Positions 48,471-61,509 of a DNA stretch of 64,000 bases are shown here, in pieces. The stretch's first letter is position 1. The number at the start of each line of letters is the position of its first letter. Where the stretch lies: NCBI GenBank assembly GCA_964016885.1, contig OZ024742.1, positions 197,780,001 through 197,844,000 of the forward strand. The letters run 5' to 3'. The DNA comes from Eledone cirrhosa (Eukaryota). A program made the position numbers and the translations under genes. The notes below the pieces were generated by a model. It made no database searches. It had not been told where the DNA came from and saw only the letters and a program-made list of their open reading frames with translations.

Positions 48471-50784
48471 ATAATCTAATCTAACACCAAATTACACTAC
48501 CTTTAAGATAGCACGTTTAAACTAGTGGATTATATAATACCATCCCCTCACACACTCTCCTACCAATTCCAGAGGTCTTGATAAGGGTCTTCAGCACTAC
48601 CCTTCCCTATTGATTGAACAGTGAGGGTGTGTGTATGTGTGTGTGTGCATGTGTGTGCACACACACACTGAATATTCTCAAATTAATATATGTATGTGTA
48701 TATAATATATATATATATTATATACACATACATATATACACGCATACACCTGCACAAAGAACATGCTCTACACTATTGAATTATATAAGATTTTTTTTTT
48801 TCCCATATTTGCATATGTTGTGTAAAAATATAATTTATGTTCCACCTAACCCAAGCAATTTTTGTTTCTATTCATATATACTGTATGACAATCAAGTGAG
48901 TATCTTTTATGATCTTTTTTTTCTTTTTTCCAAAATGCTTTCATGTGCTACAATCATTCAAGCATAGCCAGATTCATCCAGTTCAACAATGTTTTTTTTC
49001 CACATATTGAATTACTCAGTGATTATAACTAGGGTCGTGTGTGTTAAAAATAAATCTAACTGGGTCAATTAGATACTGGCATGATTACATGGTTAAGAAA
49101 CTGGCTTTGAAACCACATGGCAATGTGTTCAAACACACTGTGTGGAATTTCAGGGAAGTGCCTTCTATTGTAGACTAGTTGATTAATGCCTTGTGCACAA
49201 ATTTGGTAGATAGAAAATATATGGAAGCTTGACACATTATCATCATTATTTAATGTCTGTTTTGTAGCATAGAGTTACGCCCCTTTATGATCTGAGTTCA
49301 AATCCCGCCGAGGTTAACTTTGCCTTTCATCCTTACCGTGTTGATAAAATAAAGTACCAGTAATCCACTGGTGTAATTGCTGGCATTGTGCCAAAAGTAG
49401 AAACAATTATTCCATGTCTGTTTTACCTGTGAGCAAGGGTTAGCCCATTGTGAGAGTGAGTGTTAGCAAGGAAAATGAATGATGATGGTGGTAATGGTGA
49501 GGATAGTGGTGGTGGTGGTAGTGGTGATGACAACAGTGGCAGCAGTGGTGACAGCAAGGAGGAGGAAGATAATGGTAACAATGATGAAGAAAACAACAAA
49601 ATGATGACAAGTTACTGTTTGATTCAAAAATTATATTTTAAAAGATTTATCTAAAAATGAATAATATTTATTTATTTATTACAGAAACAAACACACAGAG
49701 ATCTGAATTTCAATTCACTGGAATTGTGGTACTTTATTTTCAACTCACTTTTTTTTGGTTTTACGAAAAAGAACTATACTACATCGTCCTTAGTGCGAGT
49801 TAACAAGGGATGCATTTAGGCCTTTGGGCCTGTTCAAAATATATATTGCAGACTCCACTTCAAGCCGCAAAAACTGGCGATGAGTGTATGACCTGTGCTG
49901 GAAGGCGTGAGATGGATGCAAAAAGATTGTGTATCCCAAGACACCAAAGAGGGTTTGGAAAGGAGCAAACCTTGACATACACTACCACTTTCCAGAATGT
50001 ACTGAGGGCATTTTGTGGTACCAATACTACCACTTTACAGCATGTACTGAGAGCATTTTATTGTGACAATAGAGGGTAGGGAGGATTTTCAATCTTACCA
50101 AGTGCATCACAACCTGTCTAGTACTCATGTCATGATAAAATGGCCCCAGCACACTCTGTAAAGTAGTAATGCTGGTGCAATGATAAAATGCACCCAGTAC
50201 ACTTTGTAAAGTTGTAGTGTCAGTGCCCCAATAAAATACATCCAGTACAATCAGTAAAGTGGTTGGCATTAGGAAGAACATACAACCATAGAAACTATGC
50301 CAAAATATAGAATGTATGAGCAAGATGTCTCTCCAATCAATCTAGTCCCAGACCACCATGATAACTCTTCCAGCCTATGTCAGCTTGGAAAACGGAAGAT
50401 TAATGATGATAATGATAATACATACATACATATATATATAATCCCCTAGTGTCAACATGCTGCCTTAAAAGGTGTAACTACTTGGTTGTTACATTAGGTT
50501 ATGGAAAGCAGATGTTAAAAAGGGGAGAAGGAGGAACACCAATTCTGTATATTACATTATTTTCTGACAGAATCTGGAGACAGCTTACAAAAAGATTGTC
50601 ACTTATCTGTTAATTTAATCCTCCATAATGATGATATATACATATGTATGTTTCAGGGAATTAAATCAGCTACCAAAATATTTCAAGATGAAGCCATTAT
50701 CATTATTAATTGAACATATGTTCTATGATTTGGTAATAAAGAAGAATTGAAATATTCTTGCATACACAAACATATACATAACCA

Positions 50785-51430
50785 TAGTGATCTCCAGTAG
50801 TTGGCTGACAAGAAGGGATATGTCCATGTTTTTTTTTCTTTCTCCTTGTCATGTGTGCTCCCATTTTGATTTATATTTAACATTGCTTTAGCCACACAGG
50901 CATCTTTGACTTCTATATAAAAGACTATAGATCACCTGCAACACTTTATTTTTCTTCCTCTATCATCTCTATCTCTCACTCCCTTTCTTCAGTCTCTATC
51001 TCGCTATTCCTCTCCCCTCAACTTTCTCAACCTCATGCCCTCTACACATTACTCTATCTCTTTCTGCCATTAACCTCCTCTTTATCCACTTTGTAATGCT
51101 GTCTCTTCTCAGGAGTAATCACCCTCCAAATTTTTTTTTCTTGCTATTTACTCTTGCTCTCTCTATTTCCTTTCGACTACATTGTTTTACATACAACACT
51201 TCTCGTCATCAGTTAAAAGTACTCTGCTTTGTAGAACACTTTATCACTTTTATTTGTATAATTTGTCGAAAGGACACACTTTGTCTTATATTACTGTATT
51301 TTGTCCTATTGCAATCCCATGTGAGTTGGAGGGAATGGTAACAATAGTGATCTCCAGCAGTTAGCTGACGAGAAGGGCTATGTCAGAGTTTTTGTTTTCC
51401 TTGTTGTGTGTGCCCCTATTTTGATTTACA
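50785..51430. mobile_element. Element bounded by direct repeats of about 90 bp
   Basis: ATAGTGATCTCCAG.AGTT.GCTGAC.AGAAGGG.TATGTC...TGTGTGC.CC.ATTTTGATTTA at about 50785-50875 and 51343-51430. Confidence 0.6.
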
Positions 51431-53064
51431 AATATTCATACATATGCAAACATACCTAAACATATATATACACACACACACACTACATACACACAAATAA
51501 ATAAATATGCATACATACTCATAGATATATGCATAAATATATACATGTATGTATGTGAATATATGTGTGAATGTATGTATGAAGAATAATGAAATTTACA
51601 GCTGACACCATTAGGTTTAGCTGGCCTTCTTCAAGGTTGCATTACATATGAGGTTTTTTAGTTGTTTTAAGGATTGGGCCCTAGTCCTATCATGAAAAGC
51701 AACATGAGAAAGTTAAGTTATATTACTAAATCCCTCCAAATTCTTGATTATTTGTAAAATGATTTGAAAATTATAAGCCAGAGGCTTTCATTAAAAATAT
51801 GGTAATGAAAAGATTAAAATGTGGAGGAATTGTACAAGAAGTGAGAATTAGCTAAAGTAAAAACTGGAAGCCAATTATAGAAACAGGAATGGCTTATAAT
51901 AGATTGCTGTGAATCTTAGACAAATCATGTAACTAAGGCAACCAGCTAGATACCCTACTTATCTGAATTATGTCAAGTTGGAATTTTGACATAGCACTGA
52001 TGTGTTCTGTTGTGGAAGGTTTATAAGGACAAGGCAAAGTTGAGTTAGTTAAATAAAGATGCCATCTCTGATAAGGATTTAAATTTTCAAAGATACCATA
52101 TGCAAGAGAAAGTTAACCACTTGATACAGAGCTGGTGCCTGGATATTTGGTGCCCTAGGCTAGACTCTACGATGTGTGTCCTCTTCTCTCAAAATTATTT
52201 CAACTTATAGTTTGACAAGCTGACAAACCTAATTTTTGGCACTTCTTGCTCTGACCACTCTTAGAAAATTACAGAACCTGCACTGTCCACTGTCATCCAC
52301 TTTAAATCATATTGCAGGTCATAACACCATACGACCCTCTCTACCACATTCAATATTTCTACAATGCTACACAGCAAAAACTATATACTTAATTATACAA
52401 ATTTGTATAAAACTCTTATTTAAGGTCCAGTACTATACCTCTATGAGGTAGCTGTCTAGTTGGCCTTAACCGTAGTGTCAGCCAACAGACGATGACACTT
52501 AGCAGGAATATATGTTTAGTCGTATGTGATAAAAACTTAACTAAACAGGTGTGTGTGTGTCAATATTATTTTATATTTTACATCTGCTTTCCCTGTTGGC
52601 ATGGGTTGGATGAGCTATTACAGTCAGAGGTCAGAAAAACCTCATCTTGCTCATACATTTCAACGTTTAGCACAGTTTCTACAGTTGGATGCTCTTCCTA
52701 TTGCCAACCACTTTACAGAGTGTACAGGGTGCATTTTATGGCACCAGCACTACCACTTTACAGAGTGTAATGGGTGCATTTTATCTTGGTGCCAACACTA
52801 AAGCAGTTGTTTATGCTCCACTGGACTGAAGGATCTTCACTAACCTATATTGTCTCTGCTCCATCACCAAACACTTTACAGAGTGCCATGGATACATCTT
52901 ATTAAGGAACCAACACTAGAGGGGTTGTCAGGTATTGAAGAGGTTCAGAGGGTGCTCTATTGGAGTGGAGATACTGGTGCATTCCATTATGACACCAGTG
53001 ATTGTCTTTTCCACTGCAGGCTAAAGAGACTTCCCATGTAGTCTCTGATCTCACTACTTTTAAC

Positions 53065-53300
53065 ATCAGTGTTGTGAGCAATAGAACTTTACAGCTAGCC
53101 ACCACAAAGATATTGGTATTATGAGCAATAGGAAGTTTACTGCTAGCTAACACAGGGATGATTGTACTTACAGCAATAGAAAGTTTACTACTTGCCACAA
53201 GAATTATGGTATTATGAGTAATAGAAAGTTTACTGCTAGTTGTCTTGAGGATAATGGTACTATATGAAGCAGAAATCTAACTGCTAACAGCCTTGAAGAT
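53065..53300. repeat. Degenerate tandem repeat, unit about 45-55 bp
   Basis: Recurring ATGAGCAATAGAAAGTTTACTGCTAG. Confidence 0.65.
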
Positions 53301-53999
53301 GGATGGCAAGTTAAGAGACAATAAAAAGTAGAACAACAATTACCAAATTTTCCACCTTTCTGATAGCAAAAGCACCTCAAACCACCCCTAATTCTATGAT
53401 ACAAAATTGTTTGTTTTAAAGTGTTTATATTTATCTAAAATCCTTCCGTTAAAATGTTAACGGGTATATATAAACGATAAGAAAAGTTTCAATAAAGTAT
53501 AAATTAACAACGGAAAATAAACATGACAATATGTTACAGAAGAGAAATCACCATTTTAGACTTCTTTCAAAGACAAAAAGGAAAAGAAAAAATCTAAAGC
53601 CAACTATGGTATTTGCAATATTATCTCAACAAAGCCCTGGCTTCATATTGAAAGAAGATTAACTAATATCCACAGCTCAAATATACAAGTTTATTTTCCA
53701 TTAAGACACAACTGATTAGCTACTCATTAACTGAAACTTTAAAAGAGAATAATGGATTATTTCTGGGGAAGAAATATCAAGCTGATTTTTGTTTTATCTT
53801 TCTAAACAGGTTTATGTCCCAGTCTTGTTTTATATGATTAATCTCGTGTTTCGAGATTTCACAATGAATTTCAGTAATTGAGATGGTAACAGATCAATAT
53901 GACAAATAAAAGAGATTAATGAATAGGTAATTATTGTTTCTTATTATAATTTCCTTTTAAATTCGGCTTCTTCTGTCTTGCAAAACATTTTAACCCTTT

Positions 54000-54395
54000 T
54001 AGGTCTGAAATCATAAAAAGAATCAGATATAGGTGGCAAGAGAGAAGACTGTGTTGGATATTTAATGCCCGTGGATGATGATAGTTGGGTGAAAAAGTAC
54101 GGAGAGTTCCAAGTGGAAGGGAGTAGAAAACTAAGAAAGATTTTGGCAGAGGTGGTGAAAACTGATCTCAAGAAACTAGACCTCACACAGGAAATGACAA
54201 AGGAAAGAGACAAATAGAAAGAAGATATGATAGAGATAAGCCAAGGAAGACTTAGACAGAAGTAGTGAAAGCTGATCTCAGGATGCTGAACCTCACAAAA
54301 GATATGATAGAAAAGAGACAAGATGCTGTACTAGAAAAGACTCATCTAATCCATACAAGCATGAAAGGATGGATGCAAAAATGATGATGATGATT
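54000..54395 (+). mobile_element. Degenerate RTE LINE 3' fragment with an internal duplication
   Basis: Similar to the LINE A C-terminus (GATGATAGTTGGGTGAAAAAGT; GTGAAA.CTGATCTCA..A..CT..ACCTCACA twice); (ATG)n tail. Confidence 0.75.
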
Positions 54396-54923
54396 AGAGT
54401 TGCTATTTCCTAGAATAGATATTTACAAAACTAATAATTCTTCTGAAATACCATATAAACCAAGAAAATATATACAGTAGACCTAAATCTTGTGAGGATT
54501 TGAACATATGCAATCGGAAAATCTATTTTGAAAGATTCAAAATCCTTAAAACTTGTAATGTCTTGTTCCACATGAACCCATATCATTAAAAGTAAGGGAG
54601 AAAACTAGCCCCTACCACTATCATTCAGGACGCAACACAAATGTAAACATATACGTAGTCTCACACACACATGACAAGCTTCTGCAGTTTCTGGCTACCA
54701 AATTCCATTCATAATTCTTTAGTCACCTGAGACTATAACAGAAGACACTTGACCAAGATGCTGCAATGTGGCACTGAACCTAGAGCCATGTGGTTTCAAA
54801 GCAAATTCTTTATCCACATGCTCATGTCTGCACCTTATATATCTATATATATATAGTAAACAAAAAAATATGACACAGTAAAAGAAATATATTAATTTAA
54901 CACTTGATAGAGTCGGAAAAGAG

Positions 54924-54959
54924 TCTCAATATTTCAGACACTAGTCCTTCATCAGAAGA
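54924..54959 (-). ncRNA. Minimal type I hammerhead-ribozyme-like motif (Penelope-type), partly decayed
   Basis: Minus strand TCTT-CTGATGA-A-GGAC-TAGT-GTCT-GAAA-TATT-GAGA: both core boxes present and stems I and II pair; the cleavage triplet is non-canonical as it stands. Confidence 0.6.
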
Positions 54960-55140
54960 TAGAATGAGAAATAAAAGATGAAATAGAAAGATAAGAGAAT
55001 GAGAAGAAGAAGAAACAATGTGGTTACAAAGCAAAAACTTATCCACACATCATCATCAATTAATGTCCATCTTCTACGCTAGCATGGGTTAGACGGGTTT
55101 GTACCACACACCTCTCTCTCTGTATATATATATATATATA

Positions 55141-56990
55141 TCATCATCATCGTTTAACGTCCATTTTCCATGCTAGCATGGGTTAGACGGGAGTTGTCCC
55201 AATTTGAGTTAAGGTTGGTCAGGTAACCGTGTCTCGCTCATATAGGACTATCTGGCAGGTTTTTTACGGCTGGATGCCCTTCCTAATACCAACCACATTT
55301 GCAGTGTCGAACTGGGAACTTTTTACCATGTTACCTACACGGCCACATTACAGCGTGGACTGTATGTTTTTTGTCATGACACCTACAAAATTTCGATCTC
55401 ATTATCTCATTTATTTGAACTGGATGTTGTGGTACCAACTTTACAGAGAGAGGGTGGTGTTGGTGGGAGTGGGAGGATAGGGTAGGGGTAGTGGATTGTG
55501 GTGTATATTTGGTTAAGAGGTGCTTACTGACTGTAGGTTTCGCTTTGTACATAGGCAAGGCTGGTCTTCTGTATTACTGCGTAGCGCCAAAGATCTTGGT
55601 CCAGTGACATTGTCTTAGAGAGGTGCAAGTCTGTAAGGTCGGAATTTATTAGATCGTCCCAGGTTTTTCTGAGTCTACCTACTCCGTAACTACCATCAAT
55701 TTTGATCACCCTGCACTTTTTTATACAGCTGTCGTCTTTCATGCACATCACGTGGCCATACCAACACAATCTTCTCTCAAGTAAACAGCATCTGATCCCT
55801 CTTATTCCTAATTTCTCAGTTCGTTTATGCTTTGCTGTTCGTGTATATTACTATTACACATCCAACGGAGCATGCATGCTTCGTTCCTTTCCAGTCTGCG
55901 CAGGTCCTCTGCACGTAATGCCCATGTCTCACTGCCATGTAGCATTGCTGTTCGTATACAAGCATCATACAATCTGCCTTTCATTTTTAGAGAGAAACCT
56001 TTTATGGCCAACAGCGGTATAAGCTCTCTGAACTTTTTCCATTCCGTTCTGACTCTGGCTACTGTACTTTCAGAACACCCTCCTCTACTGCTGATTTCGT
56101 CACCCAGGTAACAGAAAGTGTCTACTATTTCTATAGAACCATCTGGGCAATAGAAGGAGCTAGTATCCTGTTGACACTTGCTACTTATTGCACCTGAGCA
56201 TCGGCCACATATAAAGTCTACGTTCTTAGATAATTTACCTGTGATCCCACTACATCTTTTATGTACCCATACTTTGCATTTGGGACATAAAATTGAATTT
56301 CTGCCTACTCCTTTCCTACACACTGAGCATGGCCATTCCCCTGAGGGCACCTGTGCCCTATTTTCCTTTCTACAAACTAGAACTTTAGTTTTAGACAAGT
56401 TAACTTTAAGGCTTTTTGATTCTACCCCATGCTTCCAGGTTTCAAATTTCTTCTCTAGTTCAGCCATTGATTCAGCTATGAGCGTTAGATCATCTGCGTA
56501 TAGCAGTTCCCATGGGCAGCCGGTCTTGAACTCCTCTGTTATAGCCTGAAGGGCAATAATAAATAGGAGGGGGCTAAGGACAGAGCCTTGATGAACGCCA
56601 ACTTTTACACTAAATTCTTCACAATATTCATTGTTAATTCTAACCTTACTGATTGTTTCATTATACATAGCTTGTATAGCCCTCACAAGCCATTCATCTA
56701 CACCTAGTTTTCTAAGAGCCCACCAGATAATGGAACGGAGGACTCTGTCAAAGGCTTTCTCCGGGTCTACAAAAGCTAAGTAGAGGGGTTTACTTTTAGC
56801 TAGGTACTTCTCTTGTAGTTGTCGTACAAGGAAAAGAGCGTCTGTGGTACTTTTACCTGACACAAACCCAAACTGCATTTCATCTAGATCAATTCGCTCT
56901 CTGATTAGTTGCGCTATAACTCTTTCTGTGACCTTCATGACCTGGTCAACTAACTTAATGCCTCTATAGTTTCCCCTATCTAGAGCATCT
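55141..56990 (-). mobile_element. 5'-truncated RTE-clade LINE (copy B) with a long 3' UTR
   Basis: ORF 55808-56990 with NYRGIKL, QFGF, KAFD, GVHQGSVLSP, LYADD, FCYLGD and HGSETW; frameshift into 55524-55769 (WYGHVM...GRLRKTW); 3' UTR runs to an (ATG)n tail at 55141. Confidence 0.95.
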
Positions 56991-57412
56991 GTATATATAT
57001 ATATAAAAATGTAGTTTTCTGTATGTGTGTGTATGTGAGTGTGGACAATTTTTAATGAGGGCTCATACATTCTAAACCATTCATGCGATTTTGAAATTTT
57101 TTACAGAGCTTCTCCTTGCACAAAACGTGTACATGATCTACAAAGGCTTTCAAAAATCGATATTGAGGCCTCTGGAGACATTAAAAAAGTTTCGTTTTTT
57201 GTGTCAATTTTATACCTAGACTGGATTTGTCGTTACATGGGATAACAGATAACACTGAACTCACATATTAATTATTTCGCTGGAATAGTGCCTAAGGTTT
57301 TCATGTTTACATAAAGTGCGTTTTTCTTCTATGTATTCAAGTTTACTTTGTTTAGTTTAATGAGCTACATCGAAAGCTACTTGGACCATCCAAAGGACGG
57401 GTACTTTAGCTA

Positions 57413-57487
<75 letters not shown>

Positions 57488-57801
57488 TTAGTTATATATA
57501 TATTCATTAGTTAAGCAAAACAAGACCACAAGGAAGACGTTATTTAAAGAGTGTCAAATGTAGGAATAAGGAGTGTAATTATAGTTTAATGTAAGGAATA
57601 ATAATAATAATAATAACAATGTCCGTTTACAATTGTTTCGCTACTCCATATAATGTTTCTGGATCAATTGATTATAGATCATTATTGATCTGGTTCATTA
57701 TTGAGCACATGCCTTTACGCTTTTGACTTCTAACAAATTCACCAATCTCTCTTCTCCTCTCTTATCTCCCTCTTTAAGATTGGTTTACTCTCGAACCGTG
57801 T

Positions 57802-57832
<31 letters not shown>

Positions 57833-58439
57833 CATAGTTCTGAATGAGCAAGTCAGTCACCTGACCTGATTTGCCTCAAACGGGACAACCCGTCTAACCC
57901 ATTTAAGTGTGGAAAATATGTTAAACGATGACTATATATATATACACACACACATTTGTTTGTCTGTATAAGCATGTTTATAAACACACACACACACGTT
58001 TTTGTGTGTATAAGCATGTTTTGTGTGTGTATGTGTGTGTGTGTGATCACACGTGCATAATAAATAAAGAGTAGTAAACTTGTTGAAATAAACAAAATAA
58101 AGCAATTTCTAAGGAGAATTAATACAACCCTCCTTGTAGAAGACGTATGGTGCCACAAATGTCAACTCTCTTCATTGTTGCCACTTGAGAAAATATGAAG
58201 GCATAGCTGTCCTGAACTATAAAAATGGAATTTGCATTGGGATTGTGGCTTTTGAAGGGGACATATATAGCTCACTAAGTTTCTAAGTTAGACTCATGGC
58301 ACATAAATGTCCCAATTATCTATAAAAAAGAAGGGGGTATGACAGGAGTCCCGGCCTTTCTTATTGTAGTTAGTTCTTTTCAAATTTAAATTCCCATTAT
58401 CATAATTATTGGGAAGAATGTTTTTACAAATAAATAACT

Positions 58440-59300
58440 ATTAATACAATAACAAATAACAATTGAAATCCCCAATAGAGGGGAGGTGTTACACAGGGGT
58501 TGTACACACCCCGAAAAAATGTACAACCCTCATCTCCATGAGCACCAAGAGTGAGTACTCCCTTCCTCTTTTTCCTCAACCTACAGGCTTATATAGAGAG
58601 AAGGCCCAACCACTCGGGCCATTTTTGCCACATTCACCCACCTTTTATAAAATTTGCTGGGGTACAGCACCTCTCTCTCCATCCTGATTCTTCTTCCAAA
58701 ATGATATTTGAAAAAACGAATCAGTTGCTCGCCGGAGAGAAAGGTGTCTGACCTCAGCCCTTTTAACCTCGTCCACCATATAACCTCTTTCACCATAGCC
58801 ATAACACATAGGAAAACTGCCTCTCCCTCGTTTTTGAAGGAGGGTGGCGGTTTGATCATGACAATGGACTCGGTGGTCAACTGGATTGGTCCCACCCGCG
58901 ACAATAGTCGTTCTACATAGCCCCACGGTTTCCTCGTCGCGCACGCATCTCGGACAGATCTTTTTCGAAGGGTCCCTACCCGGGCGCCCATGTCTGTAGA
59001 GCTTGTCTCGAACTGGTAGAGCTCCTCGGTAGCACTGCCAGGCCAGGGACTTTTGGAAGTTGTCCATTGGTCCGGGCGGAAGGTCCTACCGAACAGACTT
59101 GCCAGTTCGTCCTCCTCTACGCCTAGAGTTTCTCCGAGCGTGTCGTCGCACTTGCTGCAGACCAACCCTCTATAGAATGTCGAAGTGGAGTCTCCACTGA
59201 TCGCCGGGTCCGTTTGTCAGAGGACTGTGAGCGCCTGAGCACATTTGATGTGCCAAATAAATAACGTAAGTCAAATACCAGTCCTACTCCTTCGTCTTCA
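58440..59300 (-). mobile_element. 3' fragment of a Tx1/L1-clade LINE
   Basis: zf-RVT-like segment LAWQCYRGALPVRDKLYRHG...CPRC..DEETV, then KEVIWWTR...FYKRW; GC-richer than the flanks. Confidence 0.8.
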
Positions 59301-60504
59301 AACAAGAAAAATCCTTTGTGAAACAACAATGGTGAAATACATAGAGAGACCCCATTTTTATGGAAAAAAAAAAAACAAGAATAAAACTGTACTTGCTGAA
59401 TTCAAAATGTCAACAACAAAGACTCCTTTTCTCTACAGTAATATTTAAGGTATTTCGATACATATTTTTTCTATATTATTTCTATTATTTTCACTTTGAA
59501 AAAAATAGTCGTTATTTGTTATCTGAGAAAAAGTCAGTTTTCAAGCTCTGTTGAATCTCCCTTGAAAGTTTTTCTGTCTAACCTTGACACACCCTGAAAC
59601 TTAGTAACAGTTAAAGGCATATATAAACCCATATACACTAAGTTTATGTATAATAAACATACATTTAGTCTTGCTGTAACCATGTCAGTTACATTTTTTC
59701 TTAGAAAGTAAATCTTACATAACACTGCTTTGTACATATATATATATATATAAAACAAGGTTACCCACCTCTATTTCTACAATACAAAACAATTTGCTTT
59801 AAATAATTTTACATCCACTTTCCACACTGGCTTTGATTGGATGGATTGTCGTTTTCTGAGTCTAGAGCGGTCAGAGAGACCTCATCTTGCTCATGTGATC
59901 AATATTTGACATGGTTTCTATGTCAAATTGCCCTTCTTAGTGCCAACCACTTTACAGAGTGGACTGGGTGCATTTTATCATGACACCAGCAGCTATAGAG
60001 ATCATATGCTCTGGAAAATAGATGAGTCCTCTCAACACTATATTGTCTTCGTTTGATAACCAACAATGTTACAGAGCTTATATTTATCAAAAATTTTTCT
60101 ATCATAATTTTATGTAAAATCTTTTGTTACATGACATTCCAAAAATTAACTTAATAATGAGAAAGTTAATTATATTATGAAATCCTTCTAAATTTGTGAT
60201 TATTTTCAAAATTATTTGAAAATCATAGGTGGTTTCTTTCATTAGAAATATGAATGAAAAGTACACACAATATTATAAAATACGAGATATTTTTCTTAAA
60301 AACTAAATATTCTACAGCTCTGTTGTGTGTAATATAACCAGTTAAATAAATGAGGTCATCAGATAGGATCATATTTTTATATATTATCACGACCACACAA
60401 CTTCAGAATCAGCAATATTTTATTTCTATTTCTACTTTATTTCTTTTTGCAGCAATTGAATGAAAAAATAAACAAAGTAAAATCAGTTAATCAGTAATAC
60501 AAGT

Positions 60505-61193
60505 TTAACCCTTTCATTATCATATTTCTAATGAAAGACACTGACTATCATTTTCATATTTTGAAAATAAAGAATTTGAAGTCTTCTTCTTTGCCTACTT
60601 ATTCCTGAGAGGGTTGTGGTGGCAGAGTCTTTAAACATTCCTTCCAGTGGGTCCTGTCGGAAGCAACTGCCTCCAACTGATCCGGTTGGATTCCTAAACG
60701 AGGCCAGCCAAGCTCATAGATGTTATCCAACCATCTTGCTCGGGATCTACCCCCGAGTCTACTGCAGGTTGGTTTTACCCAAAAAAATTTGTCCAGCGGT
60801 TCTTTCCTGGAACATTCTAACCACATGCCCATAGTATTGGAACTGTGATCCCTCAATTCGGAGAAGTAGTGGCTCCACCTGGAGTGATTCTCTGATCTCC
60901 GAGCTACACACTATCGAGTATCATTACTCCAAAGAACACTATTTTGCCCACTTGTATTCATGCTCATATTATTTCAGTCATTACCCAAGATTCATGACTA
61001 TAGGTAAGGGCTGGCACAAATTTGAAGTGATTTAGTAATATATCATTCTTATTATTAATCAAATATTTGGAACATAACAAATGTTCTTACTTTAAATTAT
61101 GAGAGTATGAGAGAAGGTTCTTAGATAAATATAAAAAGTTTAAAATAAACAGTTTGAGGACAGTTTCAGGTGGTTTGATATCAAAAGGGTTAA
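60505..61193. mobile_element. piggyBac-type MITE family 2 interrupted by a LINE fragment
   Basis: TTAA-CCCTTT...AAAAGGG-TTAA termini. Confidence 0.8.
60583..61018 (-). mobile_element. 5'-truncated Expander/Rex3-like RTE LINE
   Basis: VPALTYSHESWVMTE, SSEIRESLQVEPLLLRIE, YGHVVRM and GRSRARWLD..LGWPRLGI...LPPQP; (GAA)n tail; 10-bp TSD AATTTGAAGT at 60573-60582 and 61019-61028. Confidence 0.85.
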
Positions 61194-61509
61194 ATTAAAA
61201 CAGTGTAGAATACACCTTGATACTGACACTGTTTAAAGCAAGCAATGATGTCTGTTTATGCCTCACGTAAACAATACATCCCACAGCATAGCAATTCAAC
61301 AAATATGAGTGTTATATGTATGCACATACTTGTTGAATTAAACTGAACCTATGACTTTATGATTGAAGTCCGACAATAAGCACCAGGCCACGCATGTTCA
61401 CAAACAACTACTGAATTTGTTGACAGGTACAAAATAAAAACAAAAGAAGAAGGAAATCTAATGAGACACTGCTCTTTAAATCAGAATATGGTCAGAAGCT
61501 TTAATAGAA

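Noticed and set aside
49790-49978. Short minus ORF with RLEVESAIYILNRPKGLN, faintly like a GIY-YIG C-terminus
   Set aside because: Too short, and it lacks the upstream GIY/YIG motifs; cannot be supported without a search.
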